The notes: generated by a model from the letters alone, not told the origin. A DNA stretch of 64,000 nucleotides from a bacterium (GCA_031362565.1 JANLSU010000039.1:96001-160000); one strand, 5' to 3'; shown: positions 1-10,024, counted from the stretch's first letter. Made by a program: numbers and translations.

Positions 1-1436
1 ACCCCCACCTGAATCTTGCGGAAGCGCGCCGGTGCGGCACCGTGCCCCGTTGCCATGATTTGTCCCGGCTGGCCCTTGCCGCACGACGGAATGCCCCACA
101 ACACCCAATGCCGGGCGTCACAGATCGCATCGCAGCGATTCCAAAAATCCGTGGTGGTGCCTTGATAGGTGGGATTGCGCAGCATGCGGCCGCGTTTGCC
201 GTGGCGAATCTCCCAGCCGATTTCGGTCCCGAATTGGAAGTTGAGGCGGTACGAATCGATGCTCCAACTGCGGTTCGTTTCCATCAGGATGCCGTCATCG
301 GTGTCGGCCACGAGGTCTTCGAACCCCCACGTGCCGGGCACGAGCCACACGTTCACCATGCGGATGAGCGGGAAATTGCGCCAGCCGTCGGCCCGCATGC
401 AACCACGCGACGCCGATGCGCCGATGCGCCGCGCCGTTTCGCGTGACGTCAGGTAATCCACGAAGCGGCCGTCGCGCACCAGGTCCCAACTTTGCGCCGC
501 CACACCTTCGTCGTCATACCCGAAGGTGCCCATGCCGCGCGGACTCGTGGCATCGGCACGCAGCGTCACGAGCGGCGAGCCGTAACACAATTCGCCCTGC
601 AAGTCCGGGGTGAGAAAGGATTGCCCGGCATAGTTCGCTTCGCTGCCCAGCACGCGGTCGAGTTCGGCCGGATGCCCGCACGACTCGTGGATTTGCAGCC
701 CCAACTGCGAACCCCCGAGAATGACATCCCGCGCCCCGGGGGGACACGGATCGGCGACCAAGAGCGCCGCGGCTTCCGACGCGACGCGCGGCGCGTTCTC
801 CAGCAGCCGCCAATCGGCCAGCATTTCATAGCCCCGGGTCTCGAACTGGCCGCGGAAAGAGTTCGGATACGACCGCACCTGGATTTCGCCGTCGCCGACC
901 GCGGTCGCCACATATCCCGCCCCGCTCGACAGGATTTCCTGGTCGATGCGCGCCCCCTCGGTGCTGGCAAAGAATTGCTGCTTTTTGGCGAAATCCATGC
1001 TACTGCGCGCCACGCGCACCGCCTTTTCGGCGCGCAGCGCCCGGTCGATCGCGAATAGAAAATCGAGCTTGGCGTCGAGTGAGATGCTGAACGGATCAAT
1101 CTCGAAGGGGGTGCGGTAGGAGGCTTGGAGGGCCTTTGCCGGGGCCATTTCGACCGGCGAACGGCACCCGCGTGCCGCGGCGCGTGCCAGAACCACCGCT
1201 TCCTGGGCCGCCGCAACCGCCGCTTCCGGCGCGTCGCCGGCGCGCGACGCGAATCCCCACGCTCCGCCGGCGAGAACCCGCACGCCGAAGCCTTCGTCGT
1301 CACGCTCGTCGAGAGATCCGACCTGCTCGTTCTTGGTGGTGAGACTTTGGGTGCGGGTGCGGACGACGCGAACGTCCGCGTAGTCCGCACCGGCGGAGCG
1401 CGCGGCGTCCAATGCGCGGGCAGCGAGGTCTCGCAC
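1..1436 (-). CDS. tldD: TldD/PmbA-family metalloprotease (TldD type), 3' end runs off the window
   Basis: Frame not in the ORF track because there is no stop in the window. GTG at 1436 after GGAGG reads MRDLAARALDAARSAGADYADVRVVRTRTQ...DEGFGVRVLAGGAWGFAS. The window edge reads CGKGQPGQIMATGHGAAPARFRKIQVG, which includes the TldD C-terminal CGK motif. Confidence 0.88.
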   Translation of the reverse strand, partial: MRDLAARALDAARSAGADYADVRVVRTRTQSLTTKNEQVGSLDERDDEGFGVRVLAGGAWGFASRAGDAPEAAVAAAQEAVVLARAAARGCRSPVEMAPAKALQASYRTPFEIDPFSISLDAKLDFLFAIDRALRAEKAVRVARSSMDFAKKQQFFASTEGARIDQEILSSGAGYVATAVGDGEIQVRSYPNSFRGQFETRGYEMLADWRLLENAPRVASEAAALLVADPCPPGARDVILGGSQLGLQIHESCGHPAELDRVLGSEANYAGQSFLTPDLQGELCYGSPLVTLRADATSPRGMGTFGYDDEGVAAQSWDLVRDGRFVDYLTSRETARRIGASASRGCMRADGWRNFPLIRMVNVWLVPGTWGFEDLVADTDDGILMETNRSWSIDSYRLNFQFGTEIGWEIRHGKRGRMLRNPTYQGTTTDFWNRCDAICDARHWVLWGIPSCGKGQPGQIMATGHGAAPARFRKIQVG

Positions 1437-1530
1437 GTCCCCTCCCCATCAGTGCAAGATGGCGGAGAGTGTGCCAAAGCGCGGCGCGCGCGGCAAGTGA
1501 GTCACGCGGCGGTCGAGTCTGAGTCGTGGG

Positions 1531-1848
1531 TCAGAATACCGATTCGATGAAGCCCTTGAGCTTCTCGTCGATGGGGCCTTCGGACATTTCCATCTCGACG
1601 CCATGGCGGCCGAAATACTCGACCGCGTCGGCGCCCGCCTGCGTGCAGCAGACCACCTTGCAATCGCGCAAGGTCTCGGCGATGCCCTGCAGCGTTTTCG
1701 GAGAACTGACCGCATCGCGATAGCGGTTCTCGCGCTTCTCGACGAACGAGATCCCCGACAACGACACATCGAAAACGAAGAATTGTTCCGAGGCGTGCAG
1801 ACCGTGGTTGATGTAGGCGCCTTCCATCGATGCAACGGCGATTCTCAA
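1531..1848 (-). CDS. NifB/NifX-family (FeMo-cofactor-binding-like) small protein
   Basis: TTG at 1848 after GAGGTG. MRIAVAS...INHGLHASEQFFVFDV...LRDCKVVCCTQAGADAVEYFGRHGV fits the NifX/NifB C-terminal family pattern. Confidence 0.7.
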   Translation of the reverse strand: MRIAVASMEGAYINHGLHASEQFFVFDVSLSGISFVEKRENRYRDAVSSPKTLQGIAETLRDCKVVCCTQAGADAVEYFGRHGVEMEMSEGPIDEKLKGFIESVF

Positions 1849-2044
1849 GAGACACCTCACGGGCGGCAGGGCGACGTAAAAGATTCGATCACGTGCATTC
1901 ATCATATCATGGGCGCCGTGCGGGACGCAAACCCACAACCGCGCAAATCCACTGCTGGCGTGCCCTTGCGGGGTGAGATGGCCCAGACGCTCCACGCGCG
2001 CGGAACCCTTGCGCGCCGCGCCTCCAGGCAGCATCATTCCGTCC

Positions 2045-2449
2045 ATGAAGCTTCGAATCCCACGCCTGGAGTCCTGGCGCATCCTCCTGCTGTTCGCGGC
2101 ACTGCTTGTTTCGGCCTGCAACGACACCGCGACGCGCCCGGTACGCACGATCGCCATCACGAGCCCGCTCCAATGGACGCCCACCGGTTCCAACGGCACG
2201 TTCGCTGCGACTGCGGCACTGCGGGTCAACTGGGTGTTTCGCCTCGAACTCGTTGCCCCGACCGACACTCGCGCACCGGTGTTCAGCGCGCAATTCACGG
2301 CGCAAGAACACATGCTGTTCACTTGGGATGGCCGCAGCAATTCCGGTTTTGGCGACTTCGCGATCGGGGACAGTTGTCGCGCCCGGGTCGAGTTTCCGCA
2401 GCTCGCCCCGGCGGACAGACCGCGCGCCGAGGTTCGTTTCCTGTTCTGA
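2045..2449 (+). CDS. Hypothetical lipoprotein, possibly FlgD-Ig-like
   Basis: Signal peptide with lipobox LLVSA-C; beta-rich mature part containing FTWDGR. Confidence 0.65.
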   Translation: MKLRIPRLESWRILLLFAALLVSACNDTATRPVRTIAITSPLQWTPTGSNGTFAATAALRVNWVFRLELVAPTDTRAPVFSAQFTAQEHMLFTWDGRSNSGFGDFAIGDSCRARVEFPQLAPADRPRAEVRFLF

Positions 2450-2507
2450 GTCGCGGCTCGAAGGTTGCACCTTTGGGGAGGGCGGGTAGGGTGGGAGCGG
2501 TGGCCCG

Positions 2508-3275
2508 ATGACGACAGTCCGGTCCGAACTGCAGTTTTGGCAGCCGCGGAGCAGCAGCGCGTGGCCGTGGCTACGCGCCCGCGTCAGCACGCGCCACGGC
2601 GGCACGAGCCCGGCGCCTTACACGAGCCTCAACCTTGGACTCGCAACGGGTGATGACGCGGCGAGCGTGCAGCAAAACCGCCGTCTGTTGCAGCGCGCGC
2701 TCGGCCTTGAACCCGCCCGTGTGCACACCCTGCATCAGGTCCACGGCGCCGCGATCTTTCAGGCTCCGACCCCGGCTCGCGACGGCGACGGACTGTGGAC
2801 GGCGGAGCCCGGCGAGGTCCTGGTGGTCGGCATCGCCGATTGCGTGCCGGTCTTCGTATGGGACGACGACGCCCGCCGCATTGCACTCGTGCATGCCGGC
2901 TGGCGTGGTACAGCCGCCGCCATTGTGAGCCGCGCGCTCGAGGAACTGCAGCGCCAAGGCTCCAAGCCCGAACACTTGCACGTCGCTCTCGGCCCGTCGA
3001 TCGGCCCCTGCTGCTACGTGGTCGGCGCCGACACCGCGGCGCAGTTTCCGGCTGCCGCCGTGCAGGCGGACACACCCGGATTTCGTCTCGACTTGCGCAC
3101 CGCCAACCGACTGCAGGCCGAGGCGATGGGGCTCCTGCCCCAACACATCGAATCGGACCCACCCTGCACCGGATGCAACCGCGACGATTTCTTCTCACAC
3201 CGCATGGAAGCGGGCCGCACCGGCAGGCTTTGGGCCCTGCTTTGGATGCCGGTGGACGCCGGGCCGATCTCTTAA
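2508..3275 (+). CDS. pgeF: PgeF/YfiH peptidoglycan-editing factor (laccase-like domain)
   Basis: Motifs SLNLG, QVHG, ADCVPV, HAGWRG, GPSIGPCCY, CT and FFSHR. Confidence 0.92.
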   Translation: MTTVRSELQFWQPRSSSAWPWLRARVSTRHGGTSPAPYTSLNLGLATGDDAASVQQNRRLLQRALGLEPARVHTLHQVHGAAIFQAPTPARDGDGLWTAEPGEVLVVGIADCVPVFVWDDDARRIALVHAGWRGTAAAIVSRALEELQRQGSKPEHLHVALGPSIGPCCYVVGADTAAQFPAAAVQADTPGFRLDLRTANRLQAEAMGLLPQHIESDPPCTGCNRDDFFSHRMEAGRTGRLWALLWMPVDAGPIS

Positions 3276-3311
3276 GACCGCACGGGTCGTCCGACGCGCT
3301 ATACTTACCGC

Positions 3312-4901
3312 ATGAAGCTTGGCGCGGCGAGAATTCCGGCCATCGGGCGAGCCGCTTTGGCGGCCGGCCTGGCCGTGACCGCAAGCTGTTCACGCCCGGT
3401 GGAAACGCAGTCCGAGCGCGCCCTGCACGCCATTTCCGCCGAACACATCAACAGCATCGGCAAAGCTCTCGCGTCCGACGACATGGCCGGGCGCTACTAC
3501 GCCTCACCGGAGGCGGATTCCGCCGCGGCGACGCTGCTCGCGCGCCTGCGCCAGGCCGGGATTCCTTTCGTGCAACGGTCGGAGAACTTGCTGGGCAGCC
3601 ATCCGGCGAGCTTCGCGCATCACTTCAGTGTGACGCTCTATCGGCTCGGGTCGCGCACGCGTCTCGGTGGAACCCGCGGCGCGACAGAGCGGGCGGCCGA
3701 CCTCGGCGCCGATTTCGTGCCCCTCGTCTTCTCCCAATCGACGGCCACGTCGGGGCGGCTCGTGCGGCTCGATGCCAACGCCGAGCGGGCGGCGTATTCG
3801 GTGCGCAACCTCAATGGCGCAGTGGTCCTGGTCGCGGCCGCAGCGGATCGCCGCCAAGACACGGCGCTGTACGCGCGAGCCCGGCGTCTGCAGGAACGCG
3901 GTGCCGCAGCCGTGTTGTTCGAAGGCGACGGGCGCCTTCTGACGACCGCGGCGGCGATCTATCCGTCACACCTCTCGGCGGAACAACGTGCCGCGGCGCT
4001 TTCACCGCGCGGTCAGAGTGCGAATCTGAGCGGCGACCGGGTGAGCCTCGCATCCCAAGCCCTATCGTGGCGCGACGCCGGCGAGCACACGATCCCCGCC
4101 CTCGCGGTGCGATCGAGTTGGGCCGACCGCCTTCAGGACGGCGACCTCGTCCATCTGGAAGTCGATCTGCGCGCCGAGGTATCGCTTGGACAAAACGTGC
4201 TGGTGGGCTTTCGCGGCAAGACGCGACCGAACGACGTCATCGTGCTCGGGGCGAACTACGACCACGCCGGCGTCAACGCGGCCGGCGACGTGCTGAATGG
4301 CGCCAACGACAACGCCAGCGGCGTCGCGGCGCTCAGCGAGGTCGCGACGGCGCTCGCCGCGGTGCGTGGCGAACTGGGGTGCAGCGTCATTATCGCGTTC
4401 TTCTCGGCGAGCCGGGCCGGACTGCAAGGCAGCGAGATGTTGCTGCACGACTGGCGGCTGCTGCTGGGCGGCGATGTCCACCCGGTGGCCATGGTCGGGC
4501 TGCGCGCCATCGGCCGCGCCGACGGCAACTCGTTATTGGTCGTGGGCGGCAAGCAGCGGGGCGATTTCGCGGCCGCACTCGAACGCCACGACCGGCGCGA
4601 AGACCTGCTCGGACCGGTGCTCGCATTGCAGCGCTTCGACGACGAGGTCAACGATGTCAGCCGCATCGAGCTGGCTCCGTCACGCGGCAGCGACCACTTG
4701 TCGTTCCTGCGCGCCGGCATTCCGGCGGTGTTGCTCACCGGTGGAATGGACGCCGCCGACCTGCCGAACGCCGACGACGATTGGCGCGAGGTCGATGCCG
4801 ACAAGGTCGCACGCGTCGCGCGGCTCGTCTTCCGGACGACACTCGACTGGACCAACGACCTACATCCGACCGTCGTGCCGGCGAGCAGTCCGGCGCGTTG
4901 A
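3312..4901 (+). CDS. M28 peptidase-like lipoprotein with PA-like insert, probably catalytically inactive
   Basis: Lipobox TASC; LASDDMAGR, NVLVG, NGANDNASG and SDH motifs. Metal ligands and the catalytic Glu are substituted (GANYDH, FSASRAGLQGS). Confidence 0.8.
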   Translation: MKLGAARIPAIGRAALAAGLAVTASCSRPVETQSERALHAISAEHINSIGKALASDDMAGRYYASPEADSAAATLLARLRQAGIPFVQRSENLLGSHPASFAHHFSVTLYRLGSRTRLGGTRGATERAADLGADFVPLVFSQSTATSGRLVRLDANAERAAYSVRNLNGAVVLVAAAADRRQDTALYARARRLQERGAAAVLFEGDGRLLTTAAAIYPSHLSAEQRAAALSPRGQSANLSGDRVSLASQALSWRDAGEHTIPALAVRSSWADRLQDGDLVHLEVDLRAEVSLGQNVLVGFRGKTRPNDVIVLGANYDHAGVNAAGDVLNGANDNASGVAALSEVATALAAVRGELGCSVIIAFFSASRAGLQGSEMLLHDWRLLLGGDVHPVAMVGLRAIGRADGNSLLVVGGKQRGDFAAALERHDRREDLLGPVLALQRFDDEVNDVSRIELAPSRGSDHLSFLRAGIPAVLLTGGMDAADLPNADDDWREVDADKVARVARLVFRTTLDWTNDLHPTVVPASSPAR

Positions 4902-4909
4902 ACCGGCGC

Positions 4910-6538
4910 CTACTTGGCGTCCGTGACCCACCACTCTTCGATGCTCTCATAGGCGCCGCGGGCGTCGAGATGCACACCCTGCAACCGCGACCGCATGCCG
5001 ACCACATCGTGTTTGTAGTAAAGCCAGGTGTAGGGGTAGTCGCGCGTCACCACGCGCTGCGCTTCGTGCCAGAGGGGACGGGCCGCATCGGGTTCGAGCC
5101 GCACAGCTGCCGTATGCAAGCTGTCGACGCGCGGGTTGCAGTAGCCGAAGTAGTTCAGCCTCTTGCCGCAGCCCCAGACCGGCAGCAGATTCGGGGTAAC
5201 CGTCGCACCCCACCCACCGAGGGACGCCTGAAACAGGCCGTGTTCGCGCGCCGCGCGCGCCGCTTCGGTATCCCGTAAGTCCAAGGTCGCCTTCACACCA
5301 ACGGCCTTCCAGTTCGCCTGAATCGGCACGGCGGCCGCGCGCCGCGCCTCGCTGCTCGCATCCAAAAGCAGCGCGAATTCGAACTTCTTGCCATTGCGAT
5401 CGAGCCAGCCATCGCCATCCGTGTCGCGCCAGCCTGCCGCCGCCAGGAGCAGTGCGGCGCCGGCCGGATCGTACGGCGTGATGGGGAGGCTGCGATCGTA
5501 GGCCCACACGAGTGGTGTCATGGGACTCTCGAAGGGTTCGGCGAATCCATAGCACAAGCCTTTGATGATCGACTCGCGATCGATGGCGCGGGTCAGCGCT
5601 TCGCGCACCGCGCGGCGCGCGAACAAGGAGTCGCGTTCGTTGTAGCCCACGTACTCGTAGCCGCGGCCCGGACCGCTCCAAAGGCGCAGGTCTTGGGACC
5701 CTGCGTCGCGTACCGTCGCGGCGTCACGCGGCGGCATATCGGCCAGAAAATCGATCTGGCCGGCGTGCAGTTGCGCGACCCGCGTCGACGGGTCGGGAAT
5801 CACCTGCAGGACGAGGCGATCGACGTAGGGATGGACCTTGTCGGCGTAGTGTTCGTTGCGAACGAACACCAGTCGCTGCCCGGCCTCCCAGCGCTCGAGC
5901 CGGAACGCTCCACAACCGACCGGCGTGCGCGCCAGGTCGGTCTCGTCCCAGTGATCGCGCGCCACTGATTGGTAGATGTGCTGCGGCAGAATGTAGCCCT
6001 CTTTGGCGTAGCGGAATTGATCCGGGAAGCGCTCCTTGAAATGGAACCGTACGGTGTGTGCATCGACAGCGTCGCAGGCGGTGATCTTGAGTTTCCAATG
6101 GCGCGATGTCCAGTTCACCAGGCTGTCGCACTGCACCTCGAATGTGAAGGTGACGTCGGCGGCGGTCACCGGCACCCCATCGCTCCATTGCATGTCGTCC
6201 CGCAGGCGCATGGTGAGATCCAGATGGTCGGCACTCCACTCCCAGGAGCGAGCCAATGAAGGTTCGTAACCCATGAGGGTACTGTCGGTGTTGGCGAGCA
6301 TCATGAACACGAACCCCAAGGCCTCGCTCGCATTCTGGCTGGCGGCGCTGTACGGGATCAGATTCTTCGGGTCGGCGGAATAGCCGATGGTGACCGTCCC
6401 GCCGCGGCGCGGCGCCATGCCGGCGGTGTGCGCGCCCGGCTTGGTCTCGTCGTGCCCGCTGCAGCCCACGACCGCGAGCCCCACCAGCGCCAGAATCCAC
6501 CCGGCTCGCTTCGACGCCTGCGCGGCAATACGCGCCAT
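4910..6538 (-). CDS. ABC transporter substrate-binding lipoprotein, family 5 (Opp/Dpp type)
   Basis: ATG at 6538 after AAGGAGG; lipobox VVGC; LARSWEWS, WSDGVPVTAADVTFT, PVGCGAF and VREALTRAIDR. Confidence 0.92.
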   Translation of the reverse strand: MARIAAQASKRAGWILALVGLAVVGCSGHDETKPGAHTAGMAPRRGGTVTIGYSADPKNLIPYSAASQNASEALGFVFMMLANTDSTLMGYEPSLARSWEWSADHLDLTMRLRDDMQWSDGVPVTAADVTFTFEVQCDSLVNWTSRHWKLKITACDAVDAHTVRFHFKERFPDQFRYAKEGYILPQHIYQSVARDHWDETDLARTPVGCGAFRLERWEAGQRLVFVRNEHYADKVHPYVDRLVLQVIPDPSTRVAQLHAGQIDFLADMPPRDAATVRDAGSQDLRLWSGPGRGYEYVGYNERDSLFARRAVREALTRAIDRESIIKGLCYGFAEPFESPMTPLVWAYDRSLPITPYDPAGAALLLAAAGWRDTDGDGWLDRNGKKFEFALLLDASSEARRAAAVPIQANWKAVGVKATLDLRDTEAARAAREHGLFQASLGGWGATVTPNLLPVWGCGKRLNYFGYCNPRVDSLHTAAVRLEPDAARPLWHEAQRVVTRDYPYTWLYYKHDVVGMRSRLQGVHLDARGAYESIEEWWVTDAK

Positions 6539-6549
6539 GACGACCTCCT

Positions 6550-7476
6550 TCAAGACAGTGAGATTCGATACTGTGCGGCGAGTTGCTGCAACTCGGCGGG
6601 CGGAATGTCGAGTTCCTGCGCGGCGCGAATGGCGTCGCCGGTATGCCGGCGGAGTGCCGCGCGCAGTGCCGACTCGGTGGCCTGGTCGCGGGCCATGGCG
6701 AGCGTCCGCGGCACTGCAGCGCCATCGATCCGCAAGTCCGCCGGACCGATCACATCCCCGGTGAGCAGCGCCGCGCCGCGGCGGATACAGTTTTCCAGCT
6801 CGCGAACATTGCCGGGCCATTCATGCCCTCGTACCACGGCACGCGCTGCGTCGGAGAGACGTAACGTGCGGCCGAGCTCGACACCACGCGCCGCCACGAA
6901 TGCATCCGTCAGCAGATCGAGGTCGCTGCCGCGCGCGCGGAGTGGTGGCAACATCAGCACGATTTCGTTGACGCGGTGATACAGGTCGCGGCGAAACGCG
7001 CCGCCCTCGACCATCCCGGGAAGGTCTTGATGCGTTGCAGCGATGAATCGCACCTCGATGGCGCGGTCGCGGGCACCGCCCAAGCGCTGCACCCGGCGGT
7101 CCTGTACGACGCGCAAGAGTTTGGACTGGACGGTGAGCGGCAGTTCGGCGATTTCATCCAGAAAGAGGCTGCCGCCGTCGGCCCGTTCGATCCATCCGGA
7201 GTGCGCCGCGACGGCGCCGGTGAAACTGCCCTTTTCGAATCCGAAGAGTTCCGACTCCACGAGATTGAGCGGCAAGGCGGCGCAGTTCACGGCAACGAAC
7301 GGACCCGCCGCACACGCACTGCGCCGGTGCAGGCTGCGGGCGACGAGTTCCTTGCCGGTGCCGGTTTCGCCACGCACGAGGATGGTGAGATTGGACGGCG
7401 CGACGCGGTCAATGGCGACGAATACGGCGCGCATCGCCGCACTGTCACCCAGCATGCCATCGAACGGCTCCGCCAT
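6550..7476 (-). CDS. Sigma-54-dependent enhancer-binding protein (AAA+ plus Fis-type HTH) without an N-terminal sensor domain
   Basis: GETGTGKE Walker [30 protein letters not shown] and [10 protein letters not shown]. The likely ATG at 7476 sits directly before the AAA domain. Confidence 0.9.
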   Translation of the reverse strand: MAEPFDGMLGDSAAMRAVFVAIDRVAPSNLTILVRGETGTGKELVARSLHRRSACAAGPFVAVNCAALPLNLVESELFGFEKGSFTGAVAAHSGWIERADGGSLFLDEIAELPLTVQSKLLRVVQDRRVQRLGGARDRAIEVRFIAATHQDLPGMVEGGAFRRDLYHRVNEIVLMLPPLRARGSDLDLLTDAFVAARGVELGRTLRLSDAARAVVRGHEWPGNVRELENCIRRGAALLTGDVIGPADLRIDGAAVPRTLAMARDQATESALRAALRRHTGDAIRAAQELDIPPAELQQLAAQYRISLS

Positions 7477-7520
7477 CGCCGCCCCCGGAATCGCGCCCCA
7501 CGTGTCGCCACGAGAGGCCG

Positions 7521-7550
7521 ATCTTAGGGAGCGGTGGCGCCCAGCGTCAA
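7521..7550 (-). promoter_or_regulatory. Putative sigma-70 promoter for the enhancer-binding protein gene
   Basis: Minus strand TTGACG-N18-TAAGAT, about 45 nt upstream of ATG 7476. Confidence 0.4.
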
Positions 7551-9889
7551 GGCAGCGGATCGGGCGCGCCGAGGCTGTCGGCGTAGACCTGCGCGAGCAC
7601 CGCAACGTCGGTGCCCGGATAGCGCAACTGGACGGTCGACAAAAGTGCGACGGCGCGTGGTTTGTCGGCGAGTTGTTCGACCGCGACATGGGCGGCCAAC
7701 TCGAGCAATGACCCGGCGCGTGGATCGTTGCCGAAGGACGCCGAGACGCTATCGAGGAAGGCCACGCTGCGCTCCCAGTGCCCTTCGAGACCAAAGCATT
7801 CGCTCATGAAGCGCGCCGCGAGCAGGGCCGGACGCTCGGTGCCGAACTGCTGAATGACGCTCCGGTAGCCTTGCATCACTTCCGGCACCAGGGTGTGCGC
7901 CTCGTCGGCTTGGCCGTGTTCTCGCAGCATGCGAATTTCTTCGAGCGGCGCGACAAGTCCGGCGGCGGTCGCCGGATAGACGTCGCGAAGCTGCGCGTAC
8001 AGGCGCCGCGCGTCGCGAATATCGCCGCGCGCCACTTCGACGCGCGCCAGACCAAGCGTCGCTTCGGACCGGCCGGCCTCCGAGCGCGCCTCCGCCGCGG
8101 CGTGCGTGAACGCGTCGTCCGCCGCGTCGAGTTCCTGAGCGCGCATATGAATCTGCCCGGCCAAAAGCCATCCCAAGACCCGGTGCTGGTTGTCGAACGT
8201 GGCGCGTTCCGAACTCAAACCGGCCAAGATTCCCAGCGCATCCTTGTCGCGGCGCAGCCCACTCGCGAGCAAGCTGGCCTCCGCAACGAGCATCCCGCCG
8301 TCGTGACCTTCGGGGTCGTGGCGGGCGCGCAAGTCATGCAGTGCCGTGAAAGCGTCGTCCCAACGCCCGGCGCCGAGCAGCAGTGCGAACCGGGCCGTGC
8401 GTGCATCGCGCGCTTCTTCGCCGCGTTCGGCTGCCGCCTCGAGGGCCCGGGCGCCGCGCTCGACCCAGGCGGTGCGGGCCTGCTGATCACCGCGACCCTG
8501 AAACCGCTGCACGACATAGCCGGCGATTTCGACACCATTCGCGTGCAGCGGCCAGCGGCCGTCCTGCACGCCCCGCAACCACACCTCGTAAGCGGCGACC
8601 GCGTCGGGCCAATTGCCGTGGGCGTCGAGAACGCGGGCGAGTTCGAGTGCCGCGTCACCGCACACGCCGCGATAGGCGCAGTGGTCGATGAGGTCACTGA
8701 ACTCGGCACGGGCAACGTCCAAGCGCCCGGCGTGCGCATACGCGGCCGCCCGTCCCAGCAAGCCCTGGCACGCGAGCCGCGCGAGGTCGTGCTCCAAGCC
8801 TTCTGGAGCCCGCTTCGCACTCCGTTCGGCGCCAACGCGTTCGACGGCATCGCCATAGAGCTGGGCGACGCCAAGCCAGGCGAGCGTGTCGACCGGCGCC
8901 GCCGTTTCGAGGCCACCTTCGCGAAGCCGCGCGCGTTCGACGCACCGTTCGGCGTCGTAACGCAGCGTCAGGTTGCGGGCGTCACGCTCATGGGCGCAGC
9001 CGGCGCACGCGCCGAGCGCGACAACGACGAGCATCGTCGTGGCGACGCGCACCAACGGCGCTCCGGGCGCGGCTTTACGGCGCACCCGGGTTCGTACCGC
9101 GAAATAGGCCGACAGGCCGGCGGCCAGAAATCCGCCGACGACTTCCGCCGGCAACTGTCCGGCGAGGGCGGCGAGAATCCAGTCTGGATCCTGCGCCGCT
9201 CCGGCGCGAATGGCCGGCGTCCGCAGGATGATTCCCGGCACGTGCAAGATCGCAATCGCGACGACGGCGAGCGGCAGTGAAATCGGCAGATGCGCCACGA
9301 GAGCGACGCTCGCCCGCACCGCCTTCCAGGCTCCAATGTCGTAGAACACGACGAAGGCGGGAGCTGTGAACAGCAAGAGCGAGATGACGCCGCCGGCGAG
9401 CAACGCCACCAGAGCGGCTGATTCTGGGCTCGCCACCAACGCGGTCACGCGCAGCGCGAGTACCGGTACCGCGAGCAGTACCAACGCGAAGACGACGAGG
9501 GTCATTCCACGCCGGATGGCGCCGCGTACCGGTCCGAACAGCGGGACGGGTTGCCGGCCCCAAGCGGCGCCGAGGCGCCGCATCACCACCGCCTGCACGA
9601 ACACGCCAATGGTGACGAAACTCACGATGTCCATCGTTTGCGCGACGAGAGGCAGATGCAGCGGCAGGTCCGGATAGTGAACGTGGCGCACGAGCCCGGG
9701 AGCGATGGCCAGCGCTGGTACGAGCACGAACCATGGCACCCAGTCGAAACGCGCCACGAGCAGCAGCACGCAGCCCTTCAGCAGCGCGACGACGACGAAG
9801 GGCAGCCAGGCAAGCGGATCCAACACCTGGCCAGCTACGGCTCGCATCGCGCTCATGAACGGACGCAATGGATGCGAATGGAATCTCAT
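7547..9889 (-). CDS. Polytopic membrane domain fused to a TPR-like helical repeat domain
   Basis: About 6-7 hydrophobic segments at the N-terminus, then an internal LGACAGC segment and Ala/Leu-rich TPR-like repeats (e.g. [31 protein letters not shown]). The start is uncertain (ATG 9889 or a nearby downstream ATG). Confidence 0.7.
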   Translation of the reverse strand: MRFHSHPLRPFMSAMRAVAGQVLDPLAWLPFVVVALLKGCVLLLVARFDWVPWFVLVPALAIAPGLVRHVHYPDLPLHLPLVAQTMDIVSFVTIGVFVQAVVMRRLGAAWGRQPVPLFGPVRGAIRRGMTLVVFALVLLAVPVLALRVTALVASPESAALVALLAGGVISLLLFTAPAFVVFYDIGAWKAVRASVALVAHLPISLPLAVVAIAILHVPGIILRTPAIRAGAAQDPDWILAALAGQLPAEVVGGFLAAGLSAYFAVRTRVRRKAAPGAPLVRVATTMLVVVALGACAGCAHERDARNLTLRYDAERCVERARLREGGLETAAPVDTLAWLGVAQLYGDAVERVGAERSAKRAPEGLEHDLARLACQGLLGRAAAYAHAGRLDVARAEFSDLIDHCAYRGVCGDAALELARVLDAHGNWPDAVAAYEVWLRGVQDGRWPLHANGVEIAGYVVQRFQGRGDQQARTAWVERGARALEAAAERGEEARDARTARFALLLGAGRWDDAFTALHDLRARHDPEGHDGGMLVAEASLLASGLRRDKDALGILAGLSSERATFDNQHRVLGWLLAGQIHMRAQELDAADDAFTHAAAEARSEAGRSEATLGLARVEVARGDIRDARRLYAQLRDVYPATAAGLVAPLEEIRMLREHGQADEAHTLVPEVMQGYRSVIQQFGTERPALLAARFMSECFGLEGHWERSVAFLDSVSASFGNDPRAGSLLELAAHVAVEQLADKPRAVALLSTVQLRYPGTDVAVLAQVYADSLGAPDPLP

Positions 9890-9900
9890 GCCCTTGCAAC

Positions 9901-9916
9901 AGCAAGGACCTTGCCA
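9901..9916 (-). promoter_or_regulatory. Sigma-54 -24/-12 promoter motif (leftward)
   Basis: Minus strand TGGCAAGGTCCTTGCT has exact GG-N10-GC spacing with TGGCA and TTGC. Confidence 0.7.
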
Positions 9917-10008
9917 CGCACGGCGGGCGACCGTTGGGGCGACAATCGCTGTCCACGTCGGTGTCAGCCGCGGCACCAAGAGGTGCGCCCGAGCCCGGCG
10001 TGTGGACA

Positions 10009-10024
10009 TGGCGCTTCCTTTGCA
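10009..10024 (+). promoter_or_regulatory. Sigma-54 -24/-12 promoter motif (rightward)
   Basis: TGGCGCTTCCTTTGCA has exact GG-N10-GC spacing and lies about 44 nt upstream of GTG 10068. Confidence 0.65.

Noticed and set aside
42..1477. ORF-track entries 42-446, 492-1058 and 566-1477
   Set aside because: Shadow frames of tldD, whose real frame has no stop in the window.
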